Assembly: GCF_004010195.1 (NCBI RefSeq)
Contig: NC_057711.1
Span: forward strand, 71,257,003-71,317,480
Direction of reading: 5' to 3'
DNA length: 60,478 nt
From: Chiloscyllium plagiosum
Lineage: Eukaryota
Shown: positions 50,088-60,478 of the stretch, piece by piece
How the letters are laid out: each line of letters opens with the position of its first letter
How positions within the stretch are numbered: position 1 is the first letter of the stretch
Program-made: the position numbers and the translations under genes
The notes under the pieces: generated by a model
The model's database searches: none
The model's input: the letters and a program-made list of their open reading frames with translations, nothing else
What the model was told of the DNA's origin: nothing

Positions 50088-51263
50088 CAGATGGCATGTC
50101 TATGGATACCAAAGTACAGTAGATATTTCCTATTTGCAAAAGTGGGCAGTAAAGTGCAGATTTTAAATCTTACCATCTAAAAAGAGTAGTGCAAACAGTT
50201 GATTAAGACGAAAGGTGAGGGTTCCTGCACCATCCCCATTGTCCCACCTCTGTCAGCATAACTTGTGTCAAAATAGACACAGGAAGACTGCCACCAACAG
50301 CTTGGTCCTGAACTTTATTGACAAACTGTGAAATGAAAATGTCACTGTGCTGAAGCAGGGCTGATTTAGGACGGAATGGATTCGCCCAAAATACAATGAC
50401 CTGTGTGTGGAATTCATGTGTGAGGAGGAGTATGAGCAATCTTTCATAGCACATTGAGAGTAAGGACCCCTCAAGATAGTTTGTTGTTCTACACAGTCTA
50501 TTCAGTGTTGTAATGGACAAGAGGGCAAAGTGAATTAAATGCATTTTTTTAACTTTCTTTTCCCCTGCCCTGTTACAGATAGTTTCTAAAACTTTTCTGT
50601 TTTATTATTTCCTCTCCCCTTTTCAAAATAGGTGGCAGTGTTGTAAAGCCCAAAGTAAAAGAATCCACAGCAAATCCTTTAAGGTTAAAACAAACTCAGG
50701 TTTATAGCTCCAATCAAACCTGGGGAAAGCTTCATGCTTACATTCACATACAATGCACCCAAGAGAAAAAAGGGAAAGAAGAGTTCAAAATTATTTAAAA
50801 TCAAAAGTAACAGGGTGATAAGTTTGCTTGTGTTTTGGTAATTGCTGGAAATCTCTAGACCTTGCTCATTCTACATTCAATAATTGCCATTTTGAAATCC
50901 AACAAAAGTGCGATTTAATTTAGGCAAGATGGTGTCAATTTTAACAAAACAATTTAAGATCTTTCTCTTATCTGTCCATTCAGCATTGCATTCCTTCAAC
51001 CAGGGGAGAAAAGAATGAATTCTACATCTTTTGTTTTATGTGTTTTCTAAAGAAATAAAAGGAAGCAATATTCATGCATTCTTCCATTCACATTCAGTGG
51101 CCACATTCACACAGTTATTTGATATAACCTAATGTCAGGTTCCTTGATCAGGTTTACTTCTGCCTTGTGTGGATTGGTGCGTTGGTTAGGAGGGAATTAT
51201 GTATTAGTTTCAGGAGTCTGTGAAGATAAGTAAGTTGCTTCTATCCATTGGAAGTTGATATAC

Positions 51264-51378
51264 AACATAGAAACATAGAAGATCGGAGCAGGAGGAGGCC
51301 ATTTGACCCTGCTCCGCCATTCATCACGATCATGGCTAATTGTCCAACTCAATAGCCTAATCCTGCTTTCTCCCCAGG
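51264..51378 (-). mobile_element. CR1 family C 3' tail
   Basis: (AACATAGA)2 followed by GGAGCAGGAGGAGGCCATTTGACCC. Confidence 0.85.
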
Positions 51379-52319
51379 TTGACATGGGTGATAGACCAGT
51401 GTCTCAGAGGATTCTGTATTTCACTCATAGTTAATTATCCTCAGATGGGACTGGTGTCCATTGTTCAGGTGGTCAAAACTCAAGAGAGTTCACTTCCCTT
51501 GACCTGTAACTTCAGTGAAGGGTGTTATTCATAGCCTACCCCTAAATCTATTGGAACACTACTGCCTTCAAGTGAATGCCCAGCTCTTGTTGAATGGATC
51601 TCTGGCTTTCCATAAGGTTGGCATCCCTCACGATCATCTTGTCTATGTGGGAGAAAGTTCCAGTTCATCAGACATCTTGCTTAGACAGTGAGGATCTGGG
51701 CTTTTCCCATTAAGGTTTATCTGCCTGGTTTAGGGAACTTGCTAGACTCCCTGGTTAATACTGGAAAGAAGGATTCAGTTGGCCATCCCTTGGTTGCACA
51801 TCCCTCATTCTCTGCTATCTTTGCTCTAGTACCCTGGCTGTCTTTTGATCCTTCAGCTTTGAAGATCAGCCCTTTGAATTTCTGTGGTTTAGATCCAGTT
51901 TATCATACTGACTTGCAGGGTCATTGAGACTTGTTCAGAATTCTGCACCATTGTAAAACCTTGCTGAAGTAGTTCTTTCTGATGACCACCTTTATTTCCC
52001 TGGGATCCAAGTCAAGCGCCTTTCACTAGTTGGGTCCTCTTCTGCTCTGATTATTTCCTCTCAGTGCTCTTTCCACCCTATTCACTTGGATAGGCTTTAG
52101 CTCAGCCTCCTTCAGGTTCAATGGCTGCTCAGTATCTATACTGGTGTTCCTCCGGTCTAGAGCCTTTGGGGTTATTCAGAGTTGATTTCCAGCCAGGTCA
52201 TTCTACCAAGAACGCAGGGATAATTTCTATGATTATGAAATTTGGGAGTAAACCAAATTGTAGGTGAACTTGGTGGAAGGGATCAGACATAAACCCTCTA
52301 TCTGCTTCCCTGATCTAGG

Positions 52320-53072
52320 TTATAGAATCAGAGTCATACAACATGGAACCAGACTCTTCAGTCCAACTAGCCCAAGCCAACCATATTCCCAAACTAAACT
52401 TGTCCCACCTGCCTGCGCTTGGCCCATAGCCTTCCAAACCTTTCCTATTCATGCCCTTATCCAGTTTTTTATTTAAATTGTAACTGTACCTGCATTATTC
52501 TGGCCACACACTGACCACTCTCTGTGTAAAAAGGTTGCCGTCATGTCTTTCTTAAATGTTTCTCCTTTCACCTTTTGAACTCTGCTACCACAGGGAAGAG
52601 ACTTTATCCATGCCCCATATGATTTTATAAACCTTGATAAAGTCACCATTCAACGTCTTATGCTTCACTATCCAGCCTATTTTTATAAGTCAAACCCTCC
52701 ATTCCCAGCAACATGTTGGTAAATCTTTTTTGAACCATCTCCAGTTTAATAATATTTTTCCTGTAACGGGGTAACCAGAACTGCATACAGTACTCCAGGC
52801 CTCACCAATGCCATGTATAACCTCAACATGACACACCAACTCCTATACTGAAAGGTCTGTGCAATGAAGACCAAGTGTCCTAAACACCTTCTTAACCACC
52901 CTGTCTACCTGAGATGCAAATTTCAAAGAGTTATGTATGTGATCCCTTAGGTCTCTCTGTTCTACAACACCACCTGCCTATCAATTGTATAAGTCCTGCC
53001 CTTGTTTGTTTCACCAAAATGCAATTCCTTGCATTTGTACATATTAAACTCCATCTGCCACTCCTCAGCCCA
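52320..53072 (-). mobile_element. CR1 LINE 3' fragment
   Basis: Reverse-complement match to 15667-16311 and 340-1130 (TAACCTCAACATGAC, CCATCTGCCACTCCTCAGCCCA). Confidence 0.9.
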
Positions 53073-53351
53073 ATAGATCAAGATCTCAAGGTCTTGTCTT
53101 TCAGAGCAGACTCAGGGAGAAGATTTAGAGATATTAGAGATTGGGTAGGCGCACTGCCTTTGAGTAAAGCAATAGACTTGCTCTCTTTCAGCAAGGAGCA
53201 TTGAGACACTGTCCCTGGGAAGACAAAGCTCATTCAGTTTACAGAGAGTTTGCCTGTCTGGGACACAGGGTAGACAACTCTCCTCCCCTTGCAGGGCTAT
53301 GTCACTAGGGACTAATCTAGTGATGTGATTCATTCTTAGCTGTTTCCTTTT

Positions 53352-56300
53352 AACCATCAGATCATAGACCATAAGATACAGGAGCAGAATTAGGGCATTC
53401 AAGCCATCCAGTTTGCTCCATTATTCAATCATGGTTGTTATGTTTCTCAACCCCATTCTCCTGCCTTCTCCCTGTAACCCTTGATCCTCGTACCAATCAA
53501 TAACCTGTCTTAAATATCTCTGTATTATTAAATACCTCTGTCTTAAATACTTGCATTGACACAGCCCTCTGCAGCACTGACTAACTATTTTTTGATGAAG
53601 AAATTCCTCCTCATCTCAGTTCCAAAGGATCTTCCCTTCACTTTGAGGCTCTGCACTCAGATTCTAGTCTCTGAGACTAGTGGAAACATCTTCTCCAAGT
53701 CCACTCTATCCAGCCTTCTCAAGTAGTCCATAAGTTTCAATCAGATTCACCTCCCCCGCCCCCATCCTTCTAAATTCCATTGAACACAGACCCAGCGTCC
53801 TCAACCAATCCTCATATGACAAGTCCCTTATCCCTGGGATCATCCTTGTAAACCTCGTCATGACCCTTCCAATGCTGGCAAATGCTTCCTTCGATACAGG
53901 GCCCAAAAATGCTACAATGACCCAAATGACTTCTGACCAGAGCCTTGTATGGCTTCAGCAGTATATCTCTGTTCTTGTTTTCTTGCCCTCTAGAAATAAA
54001 TGCTACCATTCCATTTGCCTTACTAGCTGTCAACTGAACCTGCATATTAACCTTAAGACACAGAGAGCTGTGTCAATGTGAGTATTTAAGTCAGAGGTAT
54101 TTAATAATAGAGATATTTAAGACAGGTTATTAATTGGTACGAGGATCAAGGGTTACAAAACACGACTCCCAAGTCCCTTTATGCTTCAGATTTCCAAAGC
54201 CTTTAGAGATATTTAAGACAGGTTATTGATTGGTACGAGGATCAAGGGTTACAAAACAGGACTCCCAAGTCCCTTTATGCTTCAGATTTCCAAAGCCTTT
54301 ACCCATTTAGAAAATAGTCCATACCTCTATTCCTCCTACCAAAGTTCATCACCTCACATTTTCCCACATTCTATTCCATTTGCCACTTCTTTGCCCACTC
54401 TCCTAGCCTGGTCAAGTCCTTCTGCAGCCTTTAGGCTTCTTCAGACATGATATCTCCTTGATGAAACCTTGCTGACCCAGCCCTATTTTACCATGCACTT
54501 CCAAATACTCCACAAGCTCATCCTTCATAATGGACTCTAAAATCTTACCAATGACTAAGGTCAGACTAACTGATCTATAGTTTCCTGCCTTTTGCCTCCC
54601 TTCTTTCTGAAATAGGGGTGTTACATTCGCCATTTTTCAGTCTTCTGGGACCCTCCCTGATTCCAGTGATTTCTGAAAGATCACCAGCACTTCCTCCACA
54701 AACTCCAGAGCTCAATGACTAAGGTCAGACTAACTGACCTATAGTTTCCTGCCTTTTGCCTCCCTTCTTTCTGAAATAGGGGTGTTACATTTTGCCTCCC
54801 TTCTTTCTGAAATAGGGGTGTTACATTAGCCATTTTTCAGTCTTCTGGGACCCTCCCTGATTCCAGTGATTTCTGAAAGATCACCAGCACTTCCTCCACA
54901 AACTCCAGAGCTATTTCCTTCAGAACTCTAAGGTATAGTCCACCAAGTCTGGGTGATTTATCCACCTTCAATCCTTTCAGCTTCCCCAGCACCTCCTCCT
55001 TAGTGATGACTTCCACAGTCACCCTGCCTCCTAACTCTTTGGAAGTACTGGTATGCTGTTGGTGTCTTCCACCTTGAAAATTGCGAAGTGCGTATTCAGT
55101 TCTTCTGCCATTTCTTTGTTCCCTATTATTACTTCTCCAGCCTCATTTTCCAGCTTCTTCCTCAAAGTCCACTCTTGCCTTTCTCTTGCCTTTTAGATAT
55201 CTAAAAAATAACTCTTGCAACTCCTTTTGTATTACCAGCTAGCTTACCCTCATAATTCATCTTCTCCCCTCTTATTGCTTTGTTAGTTATACTCTGCAGG
55301 TTTTAAAGGCTTCTGGATCCTCTAATGTCCGATCAATCTTCATCATATTGTATGCTTTTTCTTTTATGCTGTCCCTGACTTCCATTGCTAACATTGTTGC
55401 CTCATCCTCCCTTTGGTATGTTGCTTCTTCCTTAGGCTGAATGTCTGCTGAGCATCCCGAATTACCCTCAAATGCCTGCCATTGCTGCTCTACTGTCTTC
55501 ACTGCTGGACTCCTTTTTCAATTAACTCTGGTCAGTTCCTTCCTAACGTCTTTGCAGTTACCTTTACTCAATTGTAATCATGTTATGCAATGCAATGCAA
55601 CACAACACAGGAACAGGCCCTTGGCCCACCAAGCCTGTGCTGTTCCTAATCCTGTGTAGATATCTAATTCCAGTTTCTCCCTCTCAAACTGCAGGATGAA
55701 TTCTATCACATTATAGCCACTGCCCCCTAGGGGTTCCTTTATCTTCAGCTTCCAAATCAGGTCTGTCTCATTACACATCACCAAATTCAGAATTGCCTTT
55801 TCCTGAATGTGGGCTCGACCACAAGCTGCTCCAAAATATCATGTCATAGACATTCCACAAATTCTATTTTTTGAGCTCCACTACCAACCTGATTTTCCCT
55901 GTCCACCTGCATATTGAAATACCCCATGATTATTGTAATGGTGCCTTTCTTACATGCCTTTTCTATTTTCTGATTTATTTTCTTTCCCACATTCAGATGA
56001 TAGCTAGGAGGCCTGAACACAACTCTCTTCACAGTATTTTCTCCTTTGTGGTTCCTCAACTTTACCCATACTATGCCTTCTGACCCTATATCAATTTAAT
56101 TTCATTTCTGGCTAAAAAGGCAAAACCCACTCCATCTTACCCTACGCCTGTCCTTTTGACAGGACGCGTATCCTTCAATATTTAGTTCTAACGCTTGATC
56201 CCCTTGCAGCCATATCTCTGTGATACCCATAACATTGTACCCGCTAATTTTAATTTGCACACCAAGCTTATTTTGTTTACATTCTGTGCACCTTTAAATA

Positions 56301-57020
56301 TGACAATCTCAGTACTACGTTGAATGCCCCACCCCACCTTCTCACAGTCGTTACCTTGTCTGCTGTACTTGAAGGTAGATTCCTGACCCTATCCATACTG
56401 TCTGTTCTATTACTTGTTCTGGAGATCTTAACCTCTCTGACACTTTCTATAATTTTCCATGTAACTGATCCCAATTCTCACGCCACTATTTAGTTTAAAG
56501 CCCTAGTTATATGATTCAGGTGGAGCCTGTCCCATCAGAACAGTTCCCTCCTTCCACAGGGGAATATGATGTTCAATTTGTTCTTGTTTTTCCACACCAA
56601 TCTGTGAACCACATGCTTACCTCTTTAATCTTGTTGACCTGATGTTAATTAGGCCATGGCTTGGGTAGTAATCCAGAGATTATTACCTTCTTGGTTCTGC
56701 TTTTTATTTAGCCCACAGCTGCTCATATACCCGCAGAACCTTTTTCCTCTTTATACCCCTAGTTGGTACCTATTTGGACAATGACAACCGGATCTTTCTC
56801 CTCCCACTCCAAGTTCCTCTGCAGTCCGAATGAGAAATCCTGAACTCAGGCACCAAGCAGGCAACACAGCCTTTAAGACTCTCAATCCTTGCCACAGAGA
56901 ACAACGTCTATCCCCTTGACTGTACCACCCTGATTTCAACTACATTTATATTTTCTCCCCACCCACCTCTTGAATGACTTCCCGTACCACAATGATACAG
57001 CCAGTTTGCTCCACCTCCCT
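53352..57020 (-). mobile_element. CR1 LINE family C: ORF1 esterase, ORF2 endonuclease, partial RT and 3' tail; decayed and internally rearranged
   Basis: ORF1 SGNH-like TVKGIDVVLCGKD...CCLLGA*VQD...PVVIVQIGTN (56760-56930). APE domain VVFRPP...IIMGYFN (55844-56059). LKGLKVDKSP, ANVTPLFQKEGRQKAGNYRSVSLT, YKALVRSHL and a (GACCATAA)-type tail. Confidence 0.93.
55578..55656 (-). mobile_element. Short CR1/SINE tail inserted in CR1-C
   Basis: CAACACAGGAACAGGCCCTTGGCCCACC plus (ATGCA)n interrupts sequence that is contiguous in the 31350-31390 copy. Confidence 0.65.
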
Positions 57021-58114
57021 TCAGCATTCACTCCTTCGATATTCATATAATAAATCAGTTCATTAGTCAACCACCATTTGGAGGAAGCACTGAGGGTAGC
57101 AAGGGTGCAAAACATTCTCTGTCAATATCCATAAAGGTAAAAAACAAGCATGCGGCAGGCTTGTCTTCATTGGTTGGGACATAAAGTATAAAAATTGGCA
57201 AGTCATATTGCAGCTTTCACCACCCTTTCAGGAAGGGAGTTCCAAAACTCATGACCCTCATCACACCAACTCAGGATATTTAAATGAAATACAGAAGTTA
57301 AAAAAGTTAGGCATACACTGAGATTTCTGGGGTATTCCACATCCCAAACCATTGTTTTATAAAGTAATGATTGTGTCAAGGTTAATATCCACGATACATT
57401 GACTCCACCCATTCTAAAAATAACACAACCAGTCTGCGGATGGAGACAGGTATTATACTCTAACTTATAGGAGGAGCAGATGTATCTGTACTAGCTCTTA
57501 ATGGTCCTTTTTTTTTGTGTGATCAAGTGTTGTTGTTGTTGTTATCATGCATCCAACCTTCTTGTTATCTAAGAACAGTATCTTTTTTGTAAATACTGTA
57601 CTGTGGTCTATTCTTTCCCACTAATCAGGCTCAACACAAAACAAAGATAAAAGAGGATTGTGGCAACAAGCTACCTCATACAACCCGAACCCTGTACCGC
57701 ATGCTGAAAGAGGTGGAAAAGACCATAAAGTACCAGGAGTGGTCATCTTGGAAAATACCATAATCATCCACCACACTAAATGCAAGTGACTATTTAAGGA
57801 ACATATACACAAATACATATAGGCCCAATTTTTTTCTGAGTGGGTCTGACTTTTAAACCCTTTAAAAATGGCCCACCATTTCAGATTTTGGTATTCCAAG
57901 TTTTATTTTCAATGTTTCCAATTTTTAAAAGTTTAAAAGGTCCTCCTCGTGCCTTCCAAGTCAAGCTATGGACCTCCACCTATCTATTCCTGCACCCCTG
58001 CTAGGCCAAACCTCCCAATCCACACCACCCATGGTTACCCATGCCACCTCTTGCCAGAAGCTCCCCCTGTGGCACTTCCATGTCTATTCACCCACTAAAT
58101 ACTGTAATGTTATT

Positions 58115-59345
58115 TTATTTGTTCAGTGTTTGTACATTACTGGCTAGACCCACATTTATTGAAAATCCCTAGGTGGTTAGTGAAGACCTGCCTTATTTAT
58201 CTGCTGCAGTCCAGGAGAAGTGAGTAAAGCTACTGTGCTGTTCAGAAGAAAGTTCCAGAATTTCAACTGCATCATGCAGAATCAGTGAGAGAGAATTCCA
58301 GGTTAGGGTGGTGTGTGGCTTGGACAGAAAATTGCAGATGGTGGTGTTCCCATGCATATGCTGCCCTTGCCCTTCTAGATGGTTGAGGTCCAACGTTCTG
58401 AAGATGCTGTCAAGGAAACCTTGATGAGTTGTTGTAATGCACCTTGCAGATGGTACACACTACTGCCACTGTATAGCAATGGTGGAGGAGTGTTTGTTGA
58501 TGATGGCGGCCAATCAATTGAGCTGTTTTATCGTGGATGGTGTTGGAACTGAACTCATCCAAACAAGAAGGGATTATCCCGTCACACTCTTGATGTGTGT
58601 ATTGAAGATGGCTTTAGAGAATCCTGAGGGGAGTTACTTGCCTCAGAATTTCAAACTCCTGACCTGTTCTTGTATCCATAAATATGTGTGTGGCTGTTCC
58701 AATCATGTTCTGGTCAATAGTAACCCTCTGTTGTTAAATGTAGGGGTATTTGGCAATTGTAGTGCCAATGAAGGTCAAGAGGGATGATGAGATTCCCTCT
58801 TGTTGAAGATGTTTATTGCCTTTCACATGATTGACATGAATATTACTGGCCTCTTATTAAGCCTGAATCTTGTACTGCTCCATTTGGACACGGACTGCTT
58901 CAGTATCTGAGGAGATGCGAATGGTGCTGAACATTGTGCAATCATCGGCGAACATCTCCACTTCTGACCTTTCTGACAGGGAAGGTCATTGATAAAACAG
59001 CTGAAGATGGTTTGGCCAAGGAAACTACCCTGAGGAACTCCAGCAGAGATATCCTAGAGCTGAGATGGTTGACTTCCAACAACCGCAACCATCTTGCTTT
59101 ATGCCAGTGATGATTCATTTGGTGAGAAGAATTTTCCTTTTATTTCCTATTGACTCCAATTTTGTATGGTCTGCTTGATGCCATGCTTGATTGAATGTTA
59201 CCTTGGTTCATGAGAAATTATATTTACTTTACCTCAGCAACTTGTAGCTGCTCTTTTGCTTATTTTCTGGACTGTACCAAGGTCAGGAGCTGAGTGTCCC
59301 TGGCAAAACCCAAACTAAGCTTCAGTGTGCAGGTTGTTGTTGTGA
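58115..59345 (-). mobile_element. LINE family B, RT to 3' end
   Basis: Colinear with 47105-48240 (CAATCATCGGCGAACAT = MFADDC on the minus strand; CCCTGAGGAACTC = VPQG). Confidence 0.88.
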
Positions 59346-60239
59346 AAAATGTTTATTCATTGATAACCAGTTATAACATTGTGTAAATAAATATTGTCCA
59401 TTGATAGCAGATCTCAGATTGCTGGAACTGTCAATCAAGCAGGGGTTCAGATGATTCAAGAGACCAGTGGTTATCTGATCTCTCATTCAATTCTGATATG
59501 ATGTATTCTTGGCTGAGTGTAGCTGCCTCTGAAGTAATTCCAGCTTTGGCTACCTTTACAACAGCTGGCACCCATTCCCTGGCAATGAAGAGCTTGTCCT
59601 GTGGCCACTTTGTTCCAAGGCTGACAGACCAAGCCAGAAAATTTCCTGACTCTTGCTCCCCTTCTTAATGATGAAGTTTGGCCCATAACTCTATTTTCAT
59701 CTAACTCACTACAAAGAAACAGGCATGAAGCAGTTATAATTAGAAAAACTAGGTAATCCTTTTCCTAATAGGAAAGTTGTTCCAGCAGACAGCCAACTGA
59801 TGAGTAAAACCCATTGACATTGACTTCACAAACTGACTGACACGACTGAAAATTTCATTTACGGAGGTTCATAACAAGATGGTACTCTAGGCCAGTGGGA
59901 CTATAGGACATTGTAGAGTGGTTCAGTTCTGAGATTCCTGTTTGCTTTTCTCTGATTCTTCTTCTATAGTAATATAATCTTTTAATATTCACTGTCGAGA
60001 CGAGCACATAAATAATAACCATTCAGGCAGGGTATCCTGGGGCTGCCACTGCCTCAGGCATTCATCAAAACACAGGTCAATGTTTTTATAAAAGAATGGT
60101 TTTGAGTGAGTCTTTGGGGAAACATGAGAAGACTACAGATTTTCCTTTCAAGTAATTAGCACTATTTTAGTAAGGACTTGAATGCCACTCAATACAAATT
60201 GGCACAGAAAAACTCAAAACTTGAACAATCTGTGATTAA

Positions 60240-60478
60240 TTCTGGATTAGTGGTGCTGGAAGAGCACAGCAGTTCAGGCAGCATCCAAGGAGCTTCGAAA
60301 TCGACGTTTCGGGCAAAAGCCTGAAGCGTGGAGAGATAAGCGAGAGGAGAGTGGGGATGGGGAGAAAGTAGTATAGAGTACAATAGGTGAGTGGGGGAGG
60401 GGATGAAGGCGATAGGTCAGGGAGGAGAGGGTGGAGTGGATAGGTGGAAAAGGAGATAGGCAGGTAGGACAAGTCCGG
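60240..60478 (-). mobile_element. Penelope-like element terminus (runs off the window)
   Basis: Near-identical to 12433-12695 apart from a ~26-bp deletion. Confidence 0.93.

Overview
This is eukaryotic, AT-rich, repeat-dense genomic DNA, almost certainly from a cartilaginous fish (a shark). That assignment is inferred from HE1-type V-SINEs and their partner CR1 LINEs. There are two assembly gaps (2203-3115 and 13223-13983). I recognise no intact host protein-coding gene, so the window looks intergenic or deep intronic, and every identifiable ORF in the track comes from a transposon. Non-LTR retroelements: many CR1 LINE fragments (one spanning ORF1 esterase, endonuclease and RT), a second LINE family, and L2, RTE and Tx1 relics. 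There are also three tRNA-derived SINE families and Penelope-like elements whose termini carry minimal hammerhead ribozyme motifs. LTR and DNA elements: decayed Gypsy elements (one split by a solo LTR), an internally deleted hAT transposase missed by the ORF track, and a Tc1/mariner-type MITE. The best non-repeat candidates are a repeat-free, motif-dense island at about 18.7-22.6 kb (possible conserved enhancers or cryptic exons) and a candidate recursive splice site at about 11.86 kb. I cannot support a previously undescribed biological system from the sequence alone. All family assignments are by eye, without database searches, and boundaries of decayed elements are approximate.
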